The notes below the pieces were generated by a model. The model was not told where the DNA came from and made no database searches. It saw nothing but the letters and a program-made list of their open reading frames with translations. Both the position numbers and the translations under genes were made by a program. This document shows positions 16,077 through 26,177 of a DNA stretch of 32,406 nucleotides, piece by piece; within the stretch, counting starts at the first letter, position 1, and every line of letters starts with the position of its first letter. Source of the stretch: Candidatus Moraniibacteriota bacterium (lineage in GTDB: Bacteria > Patescibacteriota > Minisyncoccia > Moranbacterales > UBA1568); the NCBI GenBank assembly GCA_052034935.1, contig JBPOIB010000003.1, positions 1 to 32,406 of the forward strand, given 5' to 3'.

Positions 16077-19000
16077 CTACTGCCGTGCGAGCCCTTCACG
16101 GTAGCCCGTACCAGCTGGGATAAGCCGTCCGATAATGACGTTTTCCTTGAGGCCACGGAGCCGGTCTTCGCGACCTTGGACAGCCGCATTAATGAGGACA
16201 CGAGCGGTTTCCATGAAGGAGGCAGCGGAGAGGAATGACTCAGTCGAAAGTGCGACCTTCGTGATGCCGAGCACCATGACTTCACCCGTCGCAGTCTGAC
16301 CGCTGGTCTTTTCGATTTCCTCATTCGCTTCGTTGAATTGATCTTTCTCAACGATATCGCCCGGGAGAAGCATCGTATCGCCTGGATCAGCCACCCGCAT
16401 GCGCGAGAGCATCTGGCGGATGATCACTTCGATATGCTTGTCGTTGATGCCTTCACCCTGTGCCGCATAGATCTCTTCGATCTCACGGATGATGTAGCGA
16501 TGGACCGCCTCTTCCCCCATGACTTCGTGCAGCTTCTTCAGGTCGAGATGGCCTTCAGAGAGCACCGATCCCTTGGCGACGAGGTCACCAATCTTCACTT
16601 TCACCGCAGCATTCGCTGGAGCGGAGTACTCATGTTCAGTCTTCGTCTCATCGATGACGGTCACCTTTACAACTTTCACTTCCTTCTCGATCGCGGTCAC
16701 CTGACCATCGACTTCAGAGAGGATTGCTTCAGTCTTCGGTGTACGGGCCTCGAAGATTTCTTCCACCCGTGGGAGACCCTGAGTGATATCCGATCCGGCG
16801 ACACCACCGACATGGAACGTCCGCATGGTCAGCTGGGTTCCCGGTTCACCGATTGCCTGTGCTGCCACGACACCGACGGAAGCACCGAGTTCGACGAGGG
16901 CACTGCGGCCGAGGTCGAGACCATAGCACTTCTGACACACGCCACGGCGAGAGCGGCAGGAAACGAGGGAACGAATCTTCACTTTCGGAATCGCTTTTCC
17001 TTCGATTTCTTTCGCTTTGGCACGGGAGAGAAGCTCACCCTTCTTTGCAATAATGTCACCCGTTTCTGGATCCTTCATCGTTTCAGCAAGCGTCCGACCT
17101 TCAATCCGGCTCGCGTACGACATACCGATCTTGTCAGAATCCTCACGATAGAGATAGGCACCAGTCGTGTCCGCGCAGTCGTTCTCACGGACGATGATGT
17201 CCTGGGACACATCGACGAGACGGCGGGTCAGGTATCCAGCAGTTGCTGTACGAAGCGCGGTGTCAGCCATACCTTTACGAGCACCATGAGTCGAGATGAA
17301 GTATTCGAGAACATTGAACCCATCTTTGAAGTTCGACTTCACCGGGAGCTCGATCGTCTCGCCGGTTGGGCCGGCCATGAGACCCTTCATACCTGTCATC
17401 TGCACAACAACGGATTCGGAACCACGAGCCTTGGAATACACCATGGCGTAGACCGGACCTTCTTTGTCGAGCGTTGCACGGACCGCGTCGGTGATCTCAT
17501 TCTTCGTTTCGTTCCAGATCTCGATGACGCGTGTCTTGCGCTCCTCATTTGTGAGGAGACCCATATTGTACTGGTCCTTCACCAGCTTGATCTTCTCTTC
17601 TGCTGCCTTGATGAGATCATTCTTTTTTGCCGGCACTTTCAAATCATCCATGCCCCAGCTGAAACCCGAGCGTGAGACGAACTTGAAGGTCAAGTCCTTG
17701 AGACGGTCCGCAAAAAGTGCCGCCTCGTCTTGACCCATCGTCTCGAGGATACGGGAGACGAGCACCTTCAAGTCTTTCTTCGTCATTTCTTCGTTCACGA
17801 AACGTAGTTCCGCCGGCATGATGTCATTCAGGAGAATGCGGCCGACCGAAGTCTCGATCATCTGGCCGTTGAAGAGAAGCTTTACTTTCGCGTTTACCGC
17901 GACATGGCCGCAGTTATGTGCCAGGATCGCTTCATCCATCGAACCGAACGCTTTCCCTTCGCCCTTACCACCATCTTTAGTGTGCGTCAGGTAATAAGCA
18001 CCGAGCACCATATCGAGTGTTGCCGAGACAATCGGCTCGCCAGAAGCCGGCTTCAGGAGGTTCTTCGAAGACAGCATAATCGTCGCACACTCGGTGCGCG
18101 CCTCAGCGGTGAGCGGGACGTGAACCGCCATCTGGTCACCGTCGAAGTCAGCGTTGAAGGCGGAGCATACCATCGGGTGAAGGCGGATTGCCTTTCCTTC
18201 GATAAGTACCGGCTGGAATGCCTGAATCGACAGACGATGAAGCGTCGGAGCGCGGTTCAAGAGTACGTAGTGGTTCGGGATGATCTCGTCGAGGATCTCA
18301 TAAGCTTCTTCGCTTTCTGCATCCACCATCCGGCCGGCAGTCCGGACGTTGTGAGCATGCTCTTTTTCGATAAGCTTGTTGATGATGAATGGTTTGAAGA
18401 GTTCAAGTGCCATTTTCTTCGGCAGACCGCACTGGTAGAGTTTGAGTTTTGGTCCGACGACGATAACGGAACGACCAGAGTAGTCGACACGCTTACCGAG
18501 GCGGTTCTGACTAAAACGACCCTGCTTCCCCTTGAGAGCATCGGCGAGCGAGCGAAGCGGACGGCGCTGCCCCGTCGACGCGGCGGTCGAGGCCTGGCCA
18601 CGACGAGCCGAGTTATCGAAGAGGGCGTCCACCGCTTCCTGCAGCATACGCTTTTCATTGCGCGTAATAACTTCTGGTGCACCGATGGCCATCAGCTTCT
18701 TCAGACGGTTGTTCCGGTTGATGATACGGCGATAGAGGTCGTTTAGGTCAGACGTCGCAAAGCGGCCACCATCGAGCGCCACCATCGGGCGAAGATCCGG
18801 CGGAATGACCGGGATTGCGGTCGGGAGCATCCACTCGAGACGGAGGTTCGCCTTCTGGAAACCCTGATAGACCTTTAGGCGCTGGAGGAGTTTCTTCTGG
18901 TCAGCGGATTCATCTTCGGAGAGCTCCTTCTTCAGGATCTCGACCATTTCGCCGATATCCATCTTTTCGAGGATCTTGCGGATGGCTTCCGCACCGATAC

Positions 19001-19661
19001 CAGCCGTGAAGACCTGGCCAAAGCGGCTCGAGAGATTGAAGTACTCGACTTCCGAAAGAATCTGGTTCGGGCGGAGGTTCTTGATATCGTCCTTCGTGGT
19101 CCGATACTGTTCCTTCAAATCATCAAGTGCTTTCTCGAGCTTGGTTTCATCTTTCTCGGCAGCACGAATCTCTTTTGTCTTGGACTTGTATTCCTTCTCG
19201 AGCGCTTCGAGTGTCTGCTCCTTCAATGCTTCTTTCACTTCCATGATGACATACGAGGAGAAGTAGATAACTCGTTCGAGTTCTTGCGGGGAGATGCCGA
19301 GCGCGAGACCGATTTTCGACGGGACACCACGGAGGAACCAGATATGCGAGACCGGGGTCGCGAGTTTGATGTGACCCATGCGTTCACGGCGAACGATGGC
19401 GCGGGTCACTTCGACACCACACTTGTCGCAGACGATGCCCTGGTAGCGAATCCGCTTGTACTTGCCGCAATAGCATTCCCAGTCCTTCGAAGGACCAAAG
19501 ATCTTCTCACAGAAAAGACCATCTGGTTCGTAACGCTGAGTTCGGTAGTTGATGGTTTCCGGCTTGGTGATTTCACCCTTGGACCATTCGAGGATGTCGG
19601 CAGGCGAGGCGAGGGTCAGTTTGACTGAGTCGAAGTCGCTAACTTTAGTGATGTTTTCCAT
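16077..19661 (-). CDS. rpoC: DNA-directed RNA polymerase subunit beta'
   Basis: 1194 aa. Zn-binding [23 protein letters not shown] and the catalytic [12 protein letters not shown] motif are present. It lies directly downstream of rpoB. Confidence 0.97.
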   Translation of the reverse strand: MENITKVSDFDSVKLTLASPADILEWSKGEITKPETINYRTQRYEPDGLFCEKIFGPSKDWECYCGKYKRIRYQGIVCDKCGVEVTRAIVRRERMGHIKLATPVSHIWFLRGVPSKIGLALGISPQELERVIYFSSYVIMEVKEALKEQTLEALEKEYKSKTKEIRAAEKDETKLEKALDDLKEQYRTTKDDIKNLRPNQILSEVEYFNLSSRFGQVFTAGIGAEAIRKILEKMDIGEMVEILKKELSEDESADQKKLLQRLKVYQGFQKANLRLEWMLPTAIPVIPPDLRPMVALDGGRFATSDLNDLYRRIINRNNRLKKLMAIGAPEVITRNEKRMLQEAVDALFDNSARRGQASTAASTGQRRPLRSLADALKGKQGRFSQNRLGKRVDYSGRSVIVVGPKLKLYQCGLPKKMALELFKPFIINKLIEKEHAHNVRTAGRMVDAESEEAYEILDEIIPNHYVLLNRAPTLHRLSIQAFQPVLIEGKAIRLHPMVCSAFNADFDGDQMAVHVPLTAEARTECATIMLSSKNLLKPASGEPIVSATLDMVLGAYYLTHTKDGGKGEGKAFGSMDEAILAHNCGHVAVNAKVKLLFNGQMIETSVGRILLNDIMPAELRFVNEEMTKKDLKVLVSRILETMGQDEAALFADRLKDLTFKFVSRSGFSWGMDDLKVPAKKNDLIKAAEEKIKLVKDQYNMGLLTNEERKTRVIEIWNETKNEITDAVRATLDKEGPVYAMVYSKARGSESVVVQMTGMKGLMAGPTGETIELPVKSNFKDGFNVLEYFISTHGARKGMADTALRTATAGYLTRRLVDVSQDIIVRENDCADTTGAYLYREDSDKIGMSYASRIEGRTLAETMKDPETGDIIAKKGELLSRAKAKEIEGKAIPKVKIRSLVSCRSRRGVCQKCYGLDLGRSALVELGASVGVVAAQAIGEPGTQLTMRTFHVGGVAGSDITQGLPRVEEIFEARTPKTEAILSEVDGQVTAIEKEVKVVKVTVIDETKTEHEYSAPANAAVKVKIGDLVAKGSVLSEGHLDLKKLHEVMGEEAVHRYIIREIEEIYAAQGEGINDKHIEVIIRQMLSRMRVADPGDTMLLPGDIVEKDQFNEANEEIEKTSGQTATGEVMVLGITKVALSTESFLSAASFMETARVLINAAVQGREDRLRGLKENVIIGRLIPAGTGYREGLARQ

Positions 19662-19684
19662 ATATATGGTGTAAGGATAGCGAA

Positions 19685-22600
19685 TTAGACTGTTTCGATG
19701 TCATCCTCACCGTCGACCGGAATGGTCTTGGCTCCCTTGAGCTCGACGTTGAGACAGAGACCCTTGAGCTCGTTCACGAGCACATGGAAGGAAGCAGGAA
19801 TGTTCGGACTCTTGATGGCCTCACCCTTGATGATCGATTCGTAGGCCTTCGAGCGGCCGAGTACATCGTCAGACTTGATGGTAAGCATCTCCTGGAGCGT
19901 ATGCGCCGCACCGTAACCTTCGAGCGCCCATACTTCCATTTCCCCAAAGCGCTGACCGCCGAACTGCGCTTTGCCGCCAAGCGGCTGCTGAGTGATGAGC
20001 GAGTAGGGCCCGATTGATCGCATGTGAATCTTATCGTCGACCAAGTGGTTCAGTTTCATGATATACATGACACCAACGGTCGTTTCATTGTCATACGATT
20101 GCCCGCTCTTACCATCGACGAGACGAATCTTACCGGATTCCGGGAGGCCGGCTTTCTTCAGTTCGGACTTGATGTCTTTCTCCGACACGCCGTCGAGCGA
20201 AGAGCTCGCGACTTTGTAGCCAAGTGTACCGGCGGCCCAACCGAGATGCGTCTCAAGGATCTGACCGATGTTCATACGAGAAGCAACACCAAGCGCGTTT
20301 AGAACCACGTCAACCGGCGTACCATCCGGAAGATACGGCATGTCCTCAACCGGAGCGACATGCGAGATGACGCCTTTGTTACCATGACGACCGGCGAGCT
20401 TGTCACCGACCTGGATTTTACGGAGCTGCGCAACCGAGATCTGGATCTGTTCGAAGACGCCCATCGGGAGCTTGTCGCCCTTGTCGCGGGAGAAAATCTT
20501 CACATCGACAACTTTGCCGTGCTCGCCGTGTGGGAGATAGAGCGAAGAATCCTTCACATCGCGGGATTTCTCACCGAAGATGACACGAAGGAGACGCTCT
20601 TCCGCTGTCAGATCGCCTTCGCCTTTCGGCGTGATCTTGCCGCAGAGGATGTCACCAGAGGAGACTTCCGCTCCGATGCGGATAATACCGTTCTCATCGA
20701 GATTCTTCAGGCGGTCTTCGCCGATGTTCGGAATATCGCGAGTGACAACTTCTGGTCCAAGCTTGGTGTCACGCACGTCGATCGAGAAATCTTCGATATG
20801 AATCGAGCTCCAGCGATCACGCTGCACGACACGCTCAGAAATAACGATAGCGTCTTCATAGTTGTACCCCTCCCACGGGATGAACGCGACGAGCATGTTC
20901 TGGCCGAGCGCGAGTTCACCCTGTTCGGTCGAGGCACCGTCCGCGAGGAGGTCACCTTCGTCCACTTTCTGACCCTTCGTCACGCGCGGCACCTGGTTCA
21001 TCGAGGTGAAGGCGTTAGATTTTTCGAAACTCTGGAGCGTGTATTCACGGTCGAGATGTTCTTTCTTAGAGCCGACTGGGGCTTTCGAGCGGACGATAAT
21101 ATGATCAGCATCAACTTCGATGACTTCACCCGGGTCGAGCGCGAGTACAACCTGACCCGAATCACGGGCAGCCTTGTCCTCGATACCAGTACCGACAATC
21201 GGTGATTCCGGAACGACACAAGAGACGGCCTGGCGCTGCATGTTCGAACCCATGAGGGCACGGTTGGCATCATCGTGCTCGAGGAATGGGATAAGCGCCG
21301 TCGCGATCGAGATACACTGCTTCACCGAGACATCGATGTAGTCGACGGATTCGGCTTCAATCGTTTCCGGATGACCTTTCACGCGGGCCTCGACCTGCAT
21401 TTCTTTGATATTGCGATGATCATCGAGCGTGATACCGGCATGAGCAATGATCTTGCGGTCTTCGACGATAGCATTCAGATATTCGATCTCGAGCGAGACG
21501 AACGGCATGACGAGAACTTCCTCGCCTTTTTTCTTGGCCGCGACTTTCTCGGCGAGCGCTTCAGTCAGGTGTTCACCCTTCTTAGCGACACCGTCAATCG
21601 TCTCACGGAGGATACGATTCACAAGCTCTTCCTTCTTCCCGGTGACCTCATGCTTGACGATGAGGTATGGGGTCTCGAGGAAACCGTATTCGTTCACACG
21701 AGCATACGTCGCGAGGTGGCCGACGAGACCGATGTTCGGACCTTCCGGGGTTTCGATCGGACAGATGCGGCCGTAGTGAGAATGATGGACGTCACGGACT
21801 TCGAAACCGGCACGCTCACGAGTGAGACCGCCGGGACCCATCGCTGACAAACGGCGCTTGTGCTCAAGTTCGGCGAGCGGGTTCACCTGGTCCATGAACT
21901 GGGACAACTGAGAGCTCGAGAAGAATTCCTTCACGGCGGCAGCGACCGGACGCGGATTGATGAGCTGTCCAGGGACAACCGTTTCGACATCGCAGGTCGA
22001 CATGCGATCCTTGATGTTGCGAACCATACGATAGAGTCCGACGCGGAGTTTGTTCTGGATGAGTTCACCTACGGCGCGCACGCGACGGTTACCGAGGTGG
22101 TCGATATCGTCCGCCTTGCCTTCCGGATCATTGTTGAGACGGATGACTTCCCGGATGATGAGGATGAGGTCGTCAAGATTGAGGACGCGGTTCTCTTCCT
22201 TGTCAGGACGGTCGACTTCGAGGCGCTGGTTCAAGCGATAGCGGCCGACGGCACCGAAGTCATAGCGTTCGAAATTGAAAAACATTCCGTCGATCATCTG
22301 CTTGGCATTCTCCTCGGTGGCGAGGTCGCCCGGACGCAGACGCTTGTAGACTTCGCGATAGGCTTCGCCCTGGTTGGCGGCACCGTCTTTCGCCAAAGTT
22401 GTTTCAATATAAGTAATATCGCCCTTGTCGATATCGACGAAGGCTTTGCGGATTTCTTTTTCCACCATGCCGAACGCCTTGAGGAGCGCGGTTACGGCGA
22501 GCTTACGCTTACGGTCGATCTTGACCGAGAGAACGCCGTCGAGGTCGGTCTCGATCTCGAGCCAGGCGCCGCGGTTCGGGATGATCTTCGCGCCGAAGAG

Positions 22601-23092
22601 TTTCTTCCCCTTCTGATACTCCATGGTGAAAAACACTCCTGGGGAGCGGATGAGCTGGGAGACGACGACACGCTCCACGCCATTGATGATGAAGGTGCCG
22701 CGCTCGGTCATGAGCGGGACTTCGCCGAGATAGATTTCCTGCTCTTTCACTTCGCCGGTCTTTTTCATGAGCAAGGTCGCCTTCGCGCGAAGCGGCGCCT
22801 CATAGGAGATATTCTTGTCTTTCGCCACCGAAGCGATGTACTTCGGCTCGTCGAGGTAATAGCCATCGAGGGACAGCTCGAGGTCTTTACCGGTAAAGTC
22901 CGTGACCGGGTTGATCTCATCGAGGAGCTCCTGGAGCCCTTTCTTCCAGAACCAGTCGTACGAAGCCGTCTGAACCTCGATCAAGTCCGGGAGAGAGACC
23001 GTAATCCGGTTCTTGAAGAACTTACGCTTCATGAGAGACGAGCTCTCGCTGATAGCATCTTTGACACGCAACCCTTTCTTGCCCTTGGTCAT
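19685..23092 (-). CDS. rpoB: DNA-directed RNA polymerase subunit beta
   Basis: 1135 aa with conserved blocks GTFIINGVERVVVSQL, SQLSQFMDQVNPLAELEHKRRLSA, GRHGNKGV and GGQRFGEMEVWALEGYGAA. Confidence 0.97.
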   Translation of the reverse strand: MTKGKKGLRVKDAISESSSLMKRKFFKNRITVSLPDLIEVQTASYDWFWKKGLQELLDEINPVTDFTGKDLELSLDGYYLDEPKYIASVAKDKNISYEAPLRAKATLLMKKTGEVKEQEIYLGEVPLMTERGTFIINGVERVVVSQLIRSPGVFFTMEYQKGKKLFGAKIIPNRGAWLEIETDLDGVLSVKIDRKRKLAVTALLKAFGMVEKEIRKAFVDIDKGDITYIETTLAKDGAANQGEAYREVYKRLRPGDLATEENAKQMIDGMFFNFERYDFGAVGRYRLNQRLEVDRPDKEENRVLNLDDLILIIREVIRLNNDPEGKADDIDHLGNRRVRAVGELIQNKLRVGLYRMVRNIKDRMSTCDVETVVPGQLINPRPVAAAVKEFFSSSQLSQFMDQVNPLAELEHKRRLSAMGPGGLTRERAGFEVRDVHHSHYGRICPIETPEGPNIGLVGHLATYARVNEYGFLETPYLIVKHEVTGKKEELVNRILRETIDGVAKKGEHLTEALAEKVAAKKKGEEVLVMPFVSLEIEYLNAIVEDRKIIAHAGITLDDHRNIKEMQVEARVKGHPETIEAESVDYIDVSVKQCISIATALIPFLEHDDANRALMGSNMQRQAVSCVVPESPIVGTGIEDKAARDSGQVVLALDPGEVIEVDADHIIVRSKAPVGSKKEHLDREYTLQSFEKSNAFTSMNQVPRVTKGQKVDEGDLLADGASTEQGELALGQNMLVAFIPWEGYNYEDAIVISERVVQRDRWSSIHIEDFSIDVRDTKLGPEVVTRDIPNIGEDRLKNLDENGIIRIGAEVSSGDILCGKITPKGEGDLTAEERLLRVIFGEKSRDVKDSSLYLPHGEHGKVVDVKIFSRDKGDKLPMGVFEQIQISVAQLRKIQVGDKLAGRHGNKGVISHVAPVEDMPYLPDGTPVDVVLNALGVASRMNIGQILETHLGWAAGTLGYKVASSSLDGVSEKDIKSELKKAGLPESGKIRLVDGKSGQSYDNETTVGVMYIMKLNHLVDDKIHMRSIGPYSLITQQPLGGKAQFGGQRFGEMEVWALEGYGAAHTLQEMLTIKSDDVLGRSKAYESIIKGEAIKSPNIPASFHVLVNELKGLCLNVELKGAKTIPVDGEDDIETV

Positions 23093-23320
23093 AGAAAAAC
23101 ACTCACGTCGCTCCGTCTTGTCTGGCGAAAAACAAGCCGGGGAAATGAGATTAACGTTATTTACTTGTCCCTACTCTGGCCGAACCGGTCGAACATTCGA
23201 CTGTATGCATCACCCGAACTTTAGCGAGTAAGCCTATCGAGAAACCACTTTCTTGGCTTGAAAACAGTTTTTCGACAGACCTCGTTCCAGAAATCGAAAA
23301 CTTTCTCCAAAGTACCTACG

Positions 23321-23349
23321 AGTGTAACAAAGGGAGAAAATTCTGTCAA
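23321..23349 (-). promoter_or_regulatory. Sigma70-like promoter candidate for rpoBC
   Basis: On the minus strand: TTGACA (23349-23344), 17 nt, TACACT (23326-23321). This implies a leader of about 220 nt before ATG 23092. Confidence 0.4.
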
Positions 23350-23426
23350 ATAGAGCATGAAAACCCGTGGCTCAGTGGGAGTCTTGGGTTCTTTTTCGGC
23401 TATTTTTTGTCTGTTTTGGCTTCACT

Positions 23427-23714
23427 CTATTCTTTAGAGTTTCGCTTCTCACTCACGGCCCAAGTATACACTTTGGCGACGGTTTCGGCAATTTTTACCG
23501 AGGTAAAATTGTCAGAAACCCCTGTTTCAAGCCGAAAATCGGCTACATCTTCAGGATTGAGGTTATTTTCTGAAAGGAGAGCCTCAATCCCCTGGAAAAG
23601 CTGCCGTCCCAGATCCCGGCTCTCCTGCCAGCTTTTTGCGGCAATCATCTCCCCATCACGGAAAAGTTCGAGTCTCGCATCAGTCTTATTGAGTATCAGG
23701 AGAAAAGAATACAT
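23427..23714 (-). CDS. Short TsaB/YeaZ-like N-terminal-domain protein (degenerate)
   Basis: From Met25 of ORF 23427..23786, MYSFLLILNKTDARLELFRDGEMIAAKSWQESRDLGRQLFQGIEALLSENNLNPEDVADFRLETGVSDNFTSVKIAETVAKVY runs parallel to E. coli TsaB. The TsaB sequence, recalled from memory, is [21 protein letters not shown]...[21 protein letters not shown]. The start is ambiguous (23786 or 23714). Confidence 0.45.
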   Translation of the reverse strand: MYSFLLILNKTDARLELFRDGEMIAAKSWQESRDLGRQLFQGIEALLSENNLNPEDVADFRLETGVSDNFTSVKIAETVAKVYTWAVSEKRNSKE

Positions 23715-23776
23715 AAGGTGGTCTAAAAATATTTTGGCCCCGTGACAGTAGTACTGTATCACGGGGCCGGACGGAC

Positions 23777-24235
23777 TCAATGCCAAAGCGGCTTCCTTCG
23801 AGGTCGCCTACCTAGGCGGCGGCGATACTCCGTGGTGAAGTGTTCACGGAGGATTTCGAAATTTACTTCACCTTCGTAATAGCCCTTGAGCGCCATATCC
23901 TCCATTTCCCGGAGAATCGGATCGATGTAGCTGGCTTCTTCCCAGAAAAACCGCTCGCTGCGGGTGGGATCGTAAGGCCACTTTGTTCGCACCTCAATCT
24001 TGAGCCGATGGCTGCGTTCAGAAAAAGTTCTTGTCCGAGCCGCCAGATTGGGATGGGAAACCGCAAAACGCATACCCACCGTGTACACCAGGAAATCCTT
24101 GCCCCCGGAACGGCTCTGCGGCCGGGCATCGTAGGCTTCGACGGATACCTGAACCGCCGTATCAACCGGCAGGAGGAGTTTTTCGCCGAAAAGGGTGCAC
24201 GGGACCGGATCTTGGTACTGCTGAGCGCCGCTCAT
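23777..24235 (-). CDS. Hypothetical protein with strongly basic C-terminal tail
   Basis: ORF 23777..24328. The start is set at ATG 24235 (MSGAQQYQDP...) because GGAGG lies 6 nt upstream. It ends ...EYRRRLGRRPRRKPLWH. No family recognised. Confidence 0.55.
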   Translation of the reverse strand: MSGAQQYQDPVPCTLFGEKLLLPVDTAVQVSVEAYDARPQSRSGGKDFLVYTVGMRFAVSHPNLAARTRTFSERSHRLKIEVRTKWPYDPTRSERFFWEEASYIDPILREMEDMALKGYYEGEVNFEILREHFTTEYRRRLGRRPRRKPLWH

Positions 24236-24393
24236 GATGAGCCTCCAAGTTGGACGAGTTAGGAAAGAGCAGGGGTTCCTGCACGCCCCTACTAAAGCAC
24301 AATTTAAGAGACTTAGGGAAGGGGGCAAAAATTTTCAAATCAAGAATACAATACTGCAGATCACGTAACTTGGGAGGTAATGTGTGGGAGAGC

Positions 24394-24954
24394 TTACCTG
24401 CGGATATTTTGAATGTCATAAATAAGTCGTCCGAGATCACTGCCCTGACTAGATACTTTATCTGACATAAAGTAAATCGCTTTATAGTATTTTTTTGTAG
24501 AATTGTACATCTTTAAGTCACACGTAAGAATTTTTGCATCTAGTGCAATTCCTTCAGTGACCACTAAGAAATCGATAGCCGTAAGTTTTTTGATTTCTTG
24601 GCGAGAGCACTTTATATAGTTATCAAAAATTTCGTCAAAGCTGTGCTTTTTAACACGCCCATGGGCAGTAAGCTTCTCTCCAATTAATCTTAATATTTTA
24701 GAGCGAGCAGATTTTACAGGAATCTTGTTTACCCTTATTAGGCGCGACATTAATTCCAGCGCCACAAGTACGGGGACATAAAATTTTGGTTTATAAGGAA
24801 GTAACGCGCCTAATGAAGAAGTTGCGGCGGTATGATGTGAATCCTTTTCATCAAGAATAGCTACAAGCCAAGACGTATCTGGAAGAATTAGAAAACGCCC
24901 CTCCTCTTCGCTGCCCGCCTTAGTTTCTTTCATAGTCTGTGCCGCAGTAGACAT
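24394..24954 (-). CDS. PIN-domain (VapC-like) ribonuclease, orphan
   Basis: The four acidic residues have PIN-like spacing: D26 (ILPDTSWL), E67 (VALELMS), D128 (LTAIDFLVV) and D146 (ILTCDLK). The gene body is markedly AT-rich. An alternative start is Met8 at 24933. Confidence 0.65.
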   Translation of the reverse strand: MSTAAQTMKETKAGSEEEGRFLILPDTSWLVAILDEKDSHHTAATSSLGALLPYKPKFYVPVLVALELMSRLIRVNKIPVKSARSKILRLIGEKLTAHGRVKKHSFDEIFDNYIKCSRQEIKKLTAIDFLVVTEGIALDAKILTCDLKMYNSTKKYYKAIYFMSDKVSSQGSDLGRLIYDIQNIRR

Positions 24955-24971
24955 AGAAGAAAAAATTACCT

Positions 24972-25742
24972 TTATTTCAGCTTCTTCCAGTCGAATTTCC
25001 AGGGATCGGTTTTCCTTGCCGGGGCGATATCGCCATGACCAACCACCGACTTGATCTTGTACCGGGTTTTGATATCAGCGATCAGATCGTTCACTGCGGC
25101 ATACTGCTTTTCGGTATAGCCATCCTCCAGATTCGCAATCATCTCGATGCCGATTGAAAAATCATTCACGTTTTTTCGCCCATCAGTCATCTTCGACGAG
25201 CCCGCATGATAGGCAATGTTCGCCTCCTCGACGAGGCGATAGATGACCCCCTTTCGATCGATGATATAGTGAGCGCCGACACCATACGTTTCGTATTGGG
25301 AAATCGTTTTTTCTAGATCATATTCATCGCCACCGGAAGCATTGTACGAAGAATGGAGCACTACGGTATCGATTGTCCGGGGTGTAGGCGGCAAACGGTA
25401 GCCGAAACGGATCGGCCGAGATTCGATTGGGATGTTTGCCTTTTCGGAAACGCCTGCCTCAGGCGTTGAAGCAGCCTCTGTCGGTGGAACTGGGGCAGTC
25501 CACTGGTCGACCGGCTCGGCGGAAGACGGTCCTGGTGACAGCGTCGGCTCCGGGAGAGGAACCGGAACTTCTTCGATTACGACTGGATTCTCGGGGGGAA
25601 TATCTTCTTTCGACGATGTTTCGAGAATAATAGGCTCATTTTCAAAGGCCGTCTCGGCAATCGGATCACCGAAAAACCCGTACCACATACCGCTGATGGA
25701 AACGGTCAGAAAAGAGACGATGACTAGAAAGAGTCGAATCAT
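24972..25742 (-). CDS. Membrane-anchored N-acetylmuramoyl-L-alanine amidase (Amidase_2 / AmpD-PGRP type)
   Basis: N-terminal TM MIRLFLVIVSFLTVSISGMWYGFF, then a Pro-rich linker and a catalytic domain. The domain has IDTVVLHSSY, AHYIIDRKGVIYRLV..IAYHAG, NDFSIGIE and VVGHGDIAPARKTDP. The His-to-Asp spacing of 10 matches the AmpD Zn ligands. Confidence 0.85.
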   Translation of the reverse strand: MIRLFLVIVSFLTVSISGMWYGFFGDPIAETAFENEPIILETSSKEDIPPENPVVIEEVPVPLPEPTLSPGPSSAEPVDQWTAPVPPTEAASTPEAGVSEKANIPIESRPIRFGYRLPPTPRTIDTVVLHSSYNASGGDEYDLEKTISQYETYGVGAHYIIDRKGVIYRLVEEANIAYHAGSSKMTDGRKNVNDFSIGIEMIANLEDGYTEKQYAAVNDLIADIKTRYKIKSVVGHGDIAPARKTDPWKFDWKKLK

Positions 25743-25756
25743 AGGCTTGTGCCCCG

Positions 25757-25762
25757 ATTATA
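25757..25762 (-). promoter_or_regulatory. TATAAT -10 box 14 nt upstream of the amidase ATG
   Basis: The minus strand reads GAGTATAATCGGGGCACAAGCCTATG, immediately after a terminator. The -35 is poor. Confidence 0.3.
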
Positions 25763-25772
25763 CTCTATACAG

Positions 25773-25796
25773 GAAAAAACGGGGCTACCCCCGTCT
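25773..25796 (-). terminator. Rho-independent terminator after the small 2-TM protein gene
   Basis: Stem ACGGGG / CCCCGT (25779-25784 with 25789-25794) with a 4-nt loop. The minus strand is followed by TTTTTTCC. Confidence 0.65.
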
Positions 25797-25830
25797 CGGA
25801 CAAACACTTTTTTCCCGCGCGCCATACTCC

Positions 25831-26169
25831 CTACGTACGACGCCGACTGGACAGTATCATGATGCCCGTCACAAGAAGAATAAACGTGCCGACGACCATT
25901 TGGCCAACACCGGGGAAATTGACGAGGCCATTGATCGCGTCAGCACCGCCGAAGAGGAAGAGGGTGATGCCGACTCCGAGGAGGAACAGCAGAAAAAGCC
26001 GCTGAATCGCCCGATTAACGAAAAGTTCAGCCCGACCGGTTGCGATATCCGTCAGCCGCCCGACAAATTTCTCCGCCGTCCCGAACATCTGTTCGACGAC
26101 ATAGGGAACAAAACTCCAGCGATCATTCTCTTCATCTGACTCTTTTATCTTCTTTTTTACTTCAGTCAT
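25831..26169 (-). CDS. Small 2-TM membrane protein (holin-like topology, function unknown)
   Basis: 112 aa. It has a charged N-terminus, two hydrophobic helices (LFLLFLLGVGITLFLFGGA and VGQMVVGTFILLVTGIMIL) and a basic C-terminus SSRRRT. Confidence 0.55.
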   Translation of the reverse strand: MTEVKKKIKESDEENDRWSFVPYVVEQMFGTAEKFVGRLTDIATGRAELFVNRAIQRLFLLFLLGVGITLFLFGGADAINGLVNFPGVGQMVVGTFILLVTGIMILSSRRRT

Positions 26170-26177
26170 ACAGTTTT

